A stretch of DNA of 29,277 nucleotides from a virus (Duplodnaviria > Heunggongvirae > Uroviricota > Caudoviricetes), in the IMG/VR virus record IMGVR_UViG_2660238524_000011. One strand, written 5' to 3'. The position numbers and the translations under genes were made by a program. Below are positions 8,354 to 15,908 of this stretch, piece after piece (the first letter of the stretch is position 1; the number at the start of each line of letters is the position of its first letter). Below the pieces are notes generated by a model. The model was not told where the DNA came from, did no database searches, and saw nothing but the letters and a program-made list of their open reading frames with translations.

Positions 8354-8779
8354 GTGAATTTTGATTCTCTTTGCGCGTCGCGGTTCAAAGCTGAGCGTTC
8401 GCGGTTATCACTCAAGCAGGCTGAAGTAGCAGCCCTTTGTGGCGTTTCAAGAGAAATGTGGGGGAAATATGAACGAGGGGTTGCTGTTCCCGGAGGTGAG
8501 TTACTTGCAGCCTTTGCAAGAATTGGGGCCAATGTACAGTTCATTCTTACCGGGGAGTCATCAGGTATAACTTTATCACGTGATGAAATGGAGTTACTGC
8601 AGCACTACCGGCAGGCACCATTACAGGTCAAAGGTTCAGTTTTGTCGGCCTTGACTACTGGCTCCTCCAGAGAACGGGCGGAACAGGTTATTCATGGAGA
8701 TGTTCTGGGGAATGTTATCAAAGGTAACGTAACCATAGGAACAGGTGGAATAATGAACAAAAATACCAAGAGAAGATGA
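8318..8779 (+). CDS. XRE/Cro-CI-type HTH repressor (immunity repressor 1)
   Basis: HTH LSLKQAEVAALCGVSREMWGKYERG. The track ATG at 8318 lies inside the operator palindrome and lacks an RBS; in-frame GTG at 8354 preceded by GAGG is an alternative start. Stop overlaps the next start (ATGA). Confidence 0.65.
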   Translation: MRTIVLIVNEVYVNFDSLCASRFKAERSRLSLKQAEVAALCGVSREMWGKYERGVAVPGGELLAAFARIGANVQFILTGESSGITLSRDEMELLQHYRQAPLQVKGSVLSALTTGSSRERAEQVIHGDVLGNVIKGNVTIGTGGIMNKNTKRR

Positions 8780-9762
8780 GTAAAGAGAAGCAAACAGTTA
8801 ACGGGGATGTGGGTAACGTTGTCAGCGGTGATGTTACCATTCATAACTATTCTGCTGACATACTTCCTTCGGCCCAGCAACCAATTTCGTTGCTGCAAAA
8901 ACGCGATTTACACAGATTGATGGATGAATTGGTTGATCTGGGGGAAAGTAAGCGCGAGCTATGGATGACGATCCACACGAAACTTAATACCAAAACAGTT
9001 AATGAAATGACTGCGGCTGATTATCATGGTGCGGTTGAGATCCTTCAGAGATATGCACAACAGATCCAGAATATGAAGGACTGTAATCTTCTGGTCAGCA
9101 AAATAATGGCGCTTACTGACCCTGGGTATCGTCTTGACCGTGACAGATACTGTCTGAAGCATTTCGGTACAACCCATCTTAAAGGCCTAGACAAAGAGCA
9201 GTTGCAGGCTGTGTTTGGTTATTTTGATGATCTGCTGAATATTCGTGATGAGAGTAAAACTCTATCACCTCCATCGGAAAGCGGTGCAAAATCAGTCGCA
9301 ACTGTACCAACCAGAAGCCGGAAGCCTCATGTAGTAGTGTTGGGGGGAGTGTTAGTTCTTGTAGCAATATTTTTCGTGGGAATGATTGTGTTCGCTGGTA
9401 AATGGGGAAATGCCAAAGCAGTAGCTTCTACTGAAACCAGCGTTTTTAACATTAAAACCAACGATAAAATAATAGAAGATTCCATCCCCGCACTGCGCAG
9501 CATGTTTCCAGGGTTAAATAAGTACTCAGATGATTTCCATTCGGTTTCAAGCTACAAGCAAAAAACGGGCTGGCATACCCTTAAATTTACTGTATCAGCA
9601 AAGGCATCCGTCCCCGAAAATTATAGTGTTAAGGGCAAGGTTTGTTACATTAACATAAGCCCTGATGGTAGTTATGCTCGGGTTTTGACTGCTCCATGTC
9701 GTTCACTGCTACTTGATCAGCAAAGCACTCCTGACAGTAAATACCGTTTTATTCTTAAATAG
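8776..9762 (+). CDS. membrane-anchored protein of unknown function (328 aa)
   Basis: Single hydrophobic segment VVVLGGVLVLVAIFFVGMIVFAG between a roughly 165-aa N-terminal domain and a roughly 120-aa C-terminal domain. Visibly AT-rich relative to neighbours. Confidence 0.55.
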   Translation: MSKEKQTVNGDVGNVVSGDVTIHNYSADILPSAQQPISLLQKRDLHRLMDELVDLGESKRELWMTIHTKLNTKTVNEMTAADYHGAVEILQRYAQQIQNMKDCNLLVSKIMALTDPGYRLDRDRYCLKHFGTTHLKGLDKEQLQAVFGYFDDLLNIRDESKTLSPPSESGAKSVATVPTRSRKPHVVVLGGVLVLVAIFFVGMIVFAGKWGNAKAVASTETSVFNIKTNDKIIEDSIPALRSMFPGLNKYSDDFHSVSSYKQKTGWHTLKFTVSAKASVPENYSVKGKVCYINISPDGSYARVLTAPCRSLLLDQQSTPDSKYRFILK

Positions 9763-9843
9763 AAAATAACAGCTGAATTACCATGGGATCAGAAAAAAGA
9801 CAAAGGCGGCATCATGCTGCGTTCTGAAATTTTAATGTAAAAG

Positions 9844-10434
9844 GTGATGAACATGGCAGGGATTCAGGTTATCGCAGGAAGTTTTCCTAAAGGGTGGGCA
9901 AGCATGGGGTTCGGTACCATCGTGTTTGCCAAAAAACCAAAACAAGGCTTTCCTGAAAATATTGTATTAAATCTGAAAGAAGAGCTTTTATCGATTGAAC
10001 TTGCGGATAGTGAAGAGGAAAGCCGTATAGGTAAGGCGGCAGGCGCAGGTTTGCTTGGTGGATTAATCTTTGGTGGTGCAGGGTTGGTCATTGGAGGTTT
10101 GCTTGGTGCGGCGGACAAGACGAAAAAAACTATCACTTTTAAGGCAATGTTTACGGGAAATAGGTTACTTCTGGCTAAAACAGATTCAAAAACTTTTGTA
10201 AAACTTCAGTCAATTGCTGCTGATAATGCCCATAACGCATCTGTAATCAACATGAAGCAAACTAACAGGGGCGATGTTTCTTCTCGTAAACAACTAACAG
10301 AAAATCCACAGCAGCAAGACTTACCTGCGCCCGCTACAACAGTAAAAATGACTGCCAAAGATAAGTTAGAATCGGCTCTTGGGCTGGGAATCATCGTTAT
10401 AGCTGTTTGGGCAATAATACACTTCTTTTTTTAG
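9844..10434 (+). CDS. glycine-zipper membrane protein of unknown function
   Basis: Gly-rich segment GAGLLGGLIFGGAGLVIGGLLGAA and C-terminal hydrophobic helix. Likely start is the ATG at 9853, preceded by AAGG. Confidence 0.5.
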   Translation: MMNMAGIQVIAGSFPKGWASMGFGTIVFAKKPKQGFPENIVLNLKEELLSIELADSEEESRIGKAAGAGLLGGLIFGGAGLVIGGLLGAADKTKKTITFKAMFTGNRLLLAKTDSKTFVKLQSIAADNAHNASVINMKQTNRGDVSSRKQLTENPQQQDLPAPATTVKMTAKDKLESALGLGIIVIAVWAIIHFFF

Positions 10435-10435
10435 T

Positions 10436-10460
10436 GCAGCCCTTCAGGGCTGTTTCTGTT
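10436..10460 (+). terminator. putative intrinsic terminator
   Basis: Hairpin GCAGCCC-ttca-GGGCTG (stem one side one base longer) followed by TTTCTGTT, directly after the stop of 9844..10434. Confidence 0.5.
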
Positions 10461-10471
10461 CAGGAGGTATC

Positions 10472-10768
10472 TTAAGGATTATCCGGGGCGTTTTCCTGTT
10501 TGCCGTACTTCGGAGACGAACAACATTCTGTTGGCTGACCGGTGAGTTTACGTAACTCCTTCATGAGCAGCTCCTGATCGTAAACTGTCATCAGTGCCGC
10601 AATGGTGGCATGCAGTGCATCGGGCAGTATCCAGGGACGCAGCAGAGTGGCGCGGGACATGCCAAGTTCAGCACAGGCAGCGTCGTATATTGCACCGCGT
10701 TTACCATGCCCCGCGTCACGTGCCGCGCGGGCTGTTTCAACCAGTTTTTCAGTCAGTGCCGGGGTCAT
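10472..10768 (-). pseudogene. chimeric in-frame fusion: transposase N-terminus (44 aa) joined to an internal fragment of the P-loop gene
   Basis: 10638-10732 is identical to 6659-6753 (A gene 5' region). 10493-10636 matches 14970-15113 with 3 mismatches in 144 bp. Product is MTPALTEKL...SRATLL followed by RPWILPDALHATIAALM. Confidence 0.55.
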
Positions 10769-10783
10769 AGCTTGTCTTCCCTG

Positions 10784-11101
10784 TTATCCGATTCTGGCGG
10801 CAATTTTTCTGGCGAGGTCGCACAGTGTTTCGCCATCGCAGGTTTTCACCACGGTATTTACCGGTTGCGGTGCAACTACCGGGCGTAATGCTGACTGATT
10901 CTGCAGACGTCTTATCTGCTGCATCAGCATCACCTCCATCGTCAGTACAAACGGGTGCGTCTCCTGTGCGGGTACGCAGATTTCACCGGAAGGGGTCACC
11001 ACGCGGAAACCCTGCACCATCTCCGGCAGCAGATTACACAGTGCGTGCCCCAGTGCCTCCGGGCTGTCCATCAGGGTATTTTGTGTGTTATTCGTATTCA
11101 T
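10784..11101 (-). CDS. hypothetical protein (105 aa), present only in control module 2
   Basis: Start abuts the stop of 11101..12021. No counterpart between the 304-aa gene and A in copy 1. Confidence 0.35.
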   Translation of the reverse strand: MNTNNTQNTLMDSPEALGHALCNLLPEMVQGFRVVTPSGEICVPAQETHPFVLTMEVMLMQQIRRLQNQSALRPVVAPQPVNTVVKTCDGETLCDLARKIAARIG

Positions 11102-12021
11102 TACTGCATATCCTCCGGTCGGTTGATTTCAGGTTCCGGTTCGGTCAGCCAGGCGGGGGCATCGTTACCCGATGGAGCGGCCTCAAGGTCAAACGTCTCA
11201 CGTAATGCATGAACACTGCGTTCAATCTGGCAGACCAGACCGGCCATGAAATCTCTGGGGGTATCGATCATGTTTTTGGTGCAGTATTCACACAGGGTCT
11301 CAAAAACACTGGACAGCCGGACGGCGATAGCCGATTCGGCCTCAACCGCTAATGCCGTCACTTCCGCCCGCAATTTTTTCAGTTCTTCGTCTGGCGGCGG
11401 AGGTTGCAGGCGCGATTTCTTCTCCAGTTTTGTGGCCAGTTCGTTGATTTTTTCGTCCTTTCCGGCAAGCACCTGTTGCTGAGCTGCGTTGGTTTCGCGC
11501 GCTTCACGCAGGGCGGCCTTCAGTTCGCGGCTGGTCATGCGATCAATATCATCAAGCGTTGCACCGGCGACGGTTCCACCATCAGCTAATGCGTCGAGTT
11601 CTTCGTCATCCAGAACCATCAGTTCATATAACTTGGTTTTTCCCAAAACGCTCAGCGCTGAGCGTTTTGGCTGTTCATCTCCATTGCCGAGAAATTTCAC
11701 GCTGGCCTGCATCATGCGACGAGCTACCTGTGGTGCTAATCCGAGGTCGTTTTCCAGAATATTTGTGAAATCACCATGCGGTTCATTTTCTTTTAAGATG
11801 ATCAGCCGCTTACCCGCTTCCAACATAGATTCAGCACTCTGCGCCATATAAAAACGTGCTTCGTGAACGATGCGTTCACGTTCATAAGGCAGTCCATCAC
11901 CAAACTGCTGCATGATCTCCATGCGATGCTGTGTCATGGCATTCAGGCTGACGTTGAGATCATCCGACAGCGGTACATCGGCGTTCAGTTCAGTGTTAAT
12001 CGGTGATTTGGTACGTCCCAT
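11101..12021 (-). CDS. conserved Mu-like early protein (306 aa; copy 2)
   Basis: Paralog of 6793..7707. Confidence 0.55.
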   Translation of the reverse strand: MGRTKSPINTELNADVPLSDDLNVSLNAMTQHRMEIMQQFGDGLPYERERIVHEARFYMAQSAESMLEAGKRLIILKENEPHGDFTNILENDLGLAPQVARRMMQASVKFLGNGDEQPKRSALSVLGKTKLYELMVLDDEELDALADGGTVAGATLDDIDRMTSRELKAALREARETNAAQQQVLAGKDEKINELATKLEKKSRLQPPPPDEELKKLRAEVTALAVEAESAIAVRLSSVFETLCEYCTKNMIDTPRDFMAGLVCQIERSVHALRETFDLEAAPSGNDAPAWLTEPEPEINRPEDMQ

Positions 12022-12031
12022 TGATTACTCC

Positions 12032-12340
12032 TTACAAACGACTACCTGAAATGACACGTTGGTTAATTTCGTTAATACGATCCTGTGCACGTGCCATCTC
12101 GTTACTGTGGGCCATGGCGATCTGCAGTAACTGGATGCCCGGTGCAAAACGTCCGTTCTCCAGTTTCAGAGCCAGCCCTTCTTCAATGAGGGTGTTGAGT
12201 GCCCGGTTGATGTTTGCCGGTGACTCGTGCAGTGCTGTCGCCAGTTCACCGTTAGAAATACCGTTCAGGGCATGACCGCGCAGCGCTTTGAGTACCCGGA
12301 GGATGCGACTGCCGGAGCTTGAAACATTCGTCTTACTCAT
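12032..12340 (-). CDS. winged-helix HTH DNA-binding protein (copy 2)
   Basis: Paralog of 7718..8026. Start at the ATG at 12340 (MSK...) with AGAGG RBS 7 nt upstream. Confidence 0.5.
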   Translation of the reverse strand: MSKTNVSSSGSRILRVLKALRGHALNGISNGELATALHESPANINRALNTLIEEGLALKLENGRFAPGIQLLQIAMAHSNEMARAQDRINEINQRVISGSRL

Positions 12341-12392
12341 CTGCATACCTCTTTTGCGATATGTGATAACCTTTTACAAAGACTCAAAATAT

Positions 12393-12581
12393 TTAGGCCG
12401 CCTGAGCTGTTGATTTCAGTCCCAACTTCACGGCGATTTCATGGGATTTACCGTAACGGGCTTTGGTCTGCCCGTTGAGAACGCGGTATACCTCATTGCG
12501 GTTGTAGCCGTTTTCTTCTGCCCAGCGGGTGAAAGTGATCCCGCGCTGGCGGAAGAGAGCTTTGACTTGTTCTGCAGTCAT
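12393..12581 (-). CDS. Ner-like small DNA-binding regulator (copy 2)
   Basis: 62 aa, about 87% identical to 8079..8267. Confidence 0.55.
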   Translation of the reverse strand: MTAEQVKALFRQRGITFTRWAEENGYNRNEVYRVLNGQTKARYGKSHEIAVKLGLKSTAQAA

Positions 12582-12674
12582 CGTTGTCTCCTTTGTTGAT
12601 GCAATGATGTTTGCCTTATATGTGTTAGATTATTGCTCATAATTATGAGCATATCAAGATAGAGATTCACTTTT
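12582..12674. promoter_or_regulatory. divergent promoter/operator region 2, with 18-bp palindrome TGCTCATAATTATGAGCA at 12634-12651
   Basis: Perfect palindrome read from the sequence; a third half-site TATGAGCA overlaps the repressor 2 start codon at 12674-12681. Confidence 0.5.
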
Positions 12675-13031
12675 ATGAGCAAAGATATAGGAGAGCGCGT
12701 TATTTCTGTGAGGAAGAAAGCAGGGTTGAACCAGAGAGAATTTGCAGCTCGTTTAGGTATTTCTAATGGTGGTATCAGTCAGATTGAAAATGGAAAGGCG
12801 ATGCCTGGAGGGGAGTTTCTGTTAAAGATGCATCAAGAGTTTAATGTTGATGTAAATTGGTTGCTCACTGGAATGAGCACAGATGGTATGACTAGAAACC
12901 AGAATCAAATTTCCCCAGAAAAACAAAAACTAATAGATACTTTTGACGACATGACACCAGACCAACAACGCTCATTTCTTGAGATTGGGCGATTCTATAC
13001 TCAGCCAAAACCAGGAAAAATCGCAGGCTGA
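12675..13031 (+). CDS. XRE-type HTH repressor (immunity repressor 2)
   Basis: HTH LNQREFAARLGISNGGISQIENG. Unrelated to repressor 1 outside the HTH core. Confidence 0.65.
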   Translation: MSKDIGERVISVRKKAGLNQREFAARLGISNGGISQIENGKAMPGGEFLLKMHQEFNVDVNWLLTGMSTDGMTRNQNQISPEKQKLIDTFDDMTPDQQRSFLEIGRFYTQPKPGKIAG

Positions 13032-13116
13032 TACTGACCCGGACACAAAGGACAGGTGGTTGATCTGGATGCTTTCAGAAAACATCGCCAGTGACATAGT
13101 GGAAGTTGTTTGGTTT

Positions 13117-13148
13117 ACCGGAAAGCATTGTGCTTTCCGGTTTTGTTT
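13117..13148 (+). terminator. putative intrinsic terminator
   Basis: 10-bp stem ACCGGAAAGC/GCTTTCCGGT with 5-nt loop, followed by TTTTGTTT. Downstream of repressor 2 and abutting the Dam stop codon. Confidence 0.55.
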
Positions 13149-13910
13149 CAGAAGTTGCAGATTAGCAGTTCACGGCGCGGCGTGGGTTTACCCGCCAGAC
13201 TGTAGTTGATATTCACTGTCTGTATGTTCAGTCCAGTGAACACCTCGCGCATCTGCGGGATGTCGTTCACCGAAATTATCATTTTTCCTCTGATGCACCG
13301 GGCCAGCTCTGCCAGCCGCGAGTAGTTCCCTTCAGGAAAATCCACACCATAGCCTTCCGTACCCAGGTACGGTGGGTCGCAGTAGAACAGCGTGTGCGGA
13401 CGATCATAACGCTCAATGCACTGTTGCCAGTCCATGTGTTCTATGACTGTTCTGGAAAGCCGCAGGTGTGCCGCTGACAGTTCTTCTTCAATACGTAGCA
13501 GGTTGAAGCGTGGCGGGGATGTGGTGGAGGTACCGAAGCTGTGCTCTGCCACCTTGCCGCCAAACGCCTGCTTCTGAAGGTAGTAGAACCGTGCCGCACG
13601 CTGGATATCCGTCAGTGTTTCTTCCGGGGTGATCTGCAGCCATTTGTAGATCTGACGGCTGACCAGCGCCCATTTGAACTGGCGGACAAATTCTTCCAGG
13701 TGATGCTTTACCACCCGGTACAGATTCACCAGTTCACCGTTGATATCATTGATGACTTCGATCTTGCCGGGTGTCTTAAGAAAATAGAGCGCTGCTGCCC
13801 CACAAAACGGCTCCACATAACATTCATGCGCCGGAAACAGCGGCAGAATGTGTTTTGCAAGGCGGCGTTTGCCACCAATCCACGGCACGATGGGTAATGT
13901 CTGCATTTTC
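13148..13910 (-). CDS. dam: DNA adenine methyltransferase (Dam-like, D12-class N6-MTase)
   Basis: DPPY catalytic motif (FYCDPPYLG) and N-terminal SAM-binding region (IVPWIGGKRR ... VEPFCGAAA). Track ORF trimmed to the ATG at 13910 (MKMQTLPIVPW). Confidence 0.75.
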
Positions 13911-14102
13911 ATAATCTGCAAGCCTTTTACAATTATTAAAAAATATGGCAGTCTGGTCAGGTCTCGCGAGACTGACTGAACCTTGGTCGGCTCACAGCGC
14001 ATTCCTGTGGGGCGATGACCAGCCCGGCTTTCGGGTGCCGGGCTGGTCGTTCTTTCATGATGCGGCAGGGATGGCGGGATTTCTGTTAATGTGGTTTAGG
14101 GA

Positions 14103-14318
14103 TTATCCGGGGCGATTTTCTGACCTTATCCGGTCCAGGGCATAAGTAATACCTTCTGCAAAAACAGAAGTATCAAACTGCTTTTGTATTCCCTGAAAAT
14201 GAAAAGCGGCACGACAGACACTCAGTTCTCCGCGGTATAACCGGATAATATCTTCCAGAACATTGTTCACTGCTTCAGCACGGCGCTGATGTTCTGTTAA
14301 CGTTAATCGGGGATTCAT
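14103..14318 (-). CDS. hypothetical protein (71 aa)
   Basis: Strong AAGGAG RBS 7 nt upstream of the ATG at 14318. Confidence 0.45.
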   Translation of the reverse strand: MNPRLTLTEHQRRAEAVNNVLEDIIRLYRGELSVCRAAFHFQGIQKQFDTSVFAEGITYALDRIRSENRPG

Positions 14319-14721
14319 GATGCACTCCTTAAATGATGATTTTTATGTACTCACCGGCAAAATATTCTGCCGATTACTGAACACGCATCCGGCACCTCAG
14401 GTTTTGATTTATTCTGGTTTTTTCGATATCCCGGACCAGGTTGATCACGACCAGAAAAAGTGCCGGTGTTTTATTGATACGCTGATATGGCTTCGGGATA
14501 ACAGCTATATTCGTTACTCTCAGTTGCTGGCTGTGGGAGCGGCTGATGTCGTCCTCACGGAAAAAACGCTCTGTCTGCTCAATGCCATGCCGACCTTTCT
14601 GCAGCCCCGGCCCGTACCATTTAAAGAGTCACTTCTGGATGCAGTAAAAACCGGTGAAAATGCAGTCATCGCTGAATGCGTATCCCGGATTATGCGTTAC
14701 GTGTTTAATGAACGTAAGTGA
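14317..14721 (+). CDS. hypothetical protein (134 aa)
   Basis: ORF fills the 378-nt gap between minus-strand genes. Its start codon overlaps the divergent start of 14103..14318 (CATGATG); 3' end converges on and overlaps the P-loop gene. Weak GGGGA RBS. Confidence 0.35.
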   Translation: MMHSLNDDFYVLTGKIFCRLLNTHPAPQVLIYSGFFDIPDQVDHDQKKCRCFIDTLIWLRDNSYIRYSQLLAVGAADVVLTEKTLCLLNAMPTFLQPRPVPFKESLLDAVKTGENAVIAECVSRIMRYVFNERK

Positions 14722-15425
14722 GGTTTATCCGCTGTCTGCATAATCCCGATAGCCAGTGCGAGGGGAAGTAATTCCGGGGAAACTCTTTCAAACAGCGATG
14801 CCCATTCTCCTCTCGCCATCACTCTGTCCAGCCCGCCCTCCAGTTGCATTTCAGCAATCTTCCTGATTTCCCGGAACAACGCCGCTTTGATCTCTTCATG
14901 CTCAGCTTTATTTTCCGGTGTCAGAAGGTATTCGTCGAAGAACCGGGGAGGCTGGTTAATCGGGATGTGTTCCTGTTTGCCGTACTTCGGGGACGAACAA
15001 CATTCTGTTGACTGACCAGTGAGTTTACGTAACTCCTTCATGAGCAGCTCCTGATCGTAAACTGTCATCAGTGCCGCAATGGTGGCATGCAGTGCATCGG
15101 GCAGTATCCAGGGTTGCCGGCCCGTGGGGCATATAACATCCAGCAGCTCATTCGTCCGACAGATACGCTCCTCGCCGTATGACAACAGGCCCTGTCCCGT
15201 GTATTCCTCCAGCCTGATCACTGTGCCAGCCCGTGGTTTCTGCCATGTGCTCAGATCATCCCCACTCATACGGCGCTCACCGTCCACGTCTGCGGCGTCG
15301 ACAATGACGCTGTTTCCGAATTCCTGTTTCACCACTTCCTCTATTCGCGCCAGTACGTAACTTTTACCGCTGCCCACAGGACCGGACACGGTGACAGTGA
15401 TGACCGGATTCAGTGTCTGCGTCAT
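14697..15425 (-). CDS. P-loop NTPase-like protein of unknown function (242 aa)
   Basis: N-terminal Walker A-like SGPVGSGKSY. GAGGAG RBS 8 nt upstream of ATG at 15425. Confidence 0.5.
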   Translation of the reverse strand: MTQTLNPVITVTVSGPVGSGKSYVLARIEEVVKQEFGNSVIVDAADVDGERRMSGDDLSTWQKPRAGTVIRLEEYTGQGLLSYGEERICRTNELLDVICPTGRQPWILPDALHATIAALMTVYDQELLMKELRKLTGQSTECCSSPKYGKQEHIPINQPPRFFDEYLLTPENKAEHEEIKAALFREIRKIAEMQLEGGLDRVMARGEWASLFERVSPELLPLALAIGIMQTADKPHLRSLNT

Positions 15426-15555
15426 ATCGTATTCTCCTCTGTGAATAATTCATCGTTTATCCTGCACATCCCGTATCCCCGGCTCTCTTAACGCGCTTTA
15501 AAATCCTTCGCGCCCTGTATTTGTGATGCTGTCTCCACCAGATAAGGAGACACAC

Positions 15556-15906
15556 ATGAAAAACCTGAAAAAATTCATTCCCCCTGTTAAAAAACCTCGC
15601 CTCAGCGGCTGGCTGCTGACCTCAGTGCTGTTGCTGGGCACCATCGCTCTGGTCTCACCACAGCAGCTGCCTGTTGTGATCTACAAGCTGGCACTCATCA
15701 CGCTGGCAGCAGTGCTGGGTTACTGGCTTGACCGTTCGCTCTTCCCCAAAGCCCGTCCCGGTCAGTACCTGAAACATGACGACAGGCTGATGGCTGAAGG
15801 GCGTTTCCCGGTACAGACCGGCCTTCACCTGGTGTTTTCTGCTGCGTTAATCCGCCGTGCACTGATTGTTGCAGCGGTCTGCCTGGCTGTTGCGATGGGG
15901 CTTTAA
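15556..15906 (+). CDS. holin-like membrane protein (three predicted TM segments)
   Basis: AAGGAGA RBS before the ATG at 15556 (MKNLKK...). Located immediately upstream of the endolysin. Confidence 0.45.
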   Translation: MKNLKKFIPPVKKPRLSGWLLTSVLLLGTIALVSPQQLPVVIYKLALITLAAVLGYWLDRSLFPKARPGQYLKHDDRLMAEGRFPVQTGLHLVFSAALIRRALIVAAVCLAVAMGL

Positions 15907-15908
15907 TC

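Noticed and set aside
12979-13209. 76-aa plus-strand ORF
   Set aside because: Spans the intrinsic terminator and the Dam 3' end; no RBS; likely spurious.
14019-14046. Hairpin CCAGCCCGG ... CCGGGCTGG upstream of Dam as a terminator
   Set aside because: Not followed by a clear T-run on either strand and no co-oriented gene ends there; more likely a leftover of the sequence related to the 10436-10452 terminator hairpin.
13945-14145. 66-aa plus-strand ORF upstream of Dam
   Set aside because: Lies in the Dam promoter region and spans the hairpin at about 14019-14046; no RBS; likely spurious.
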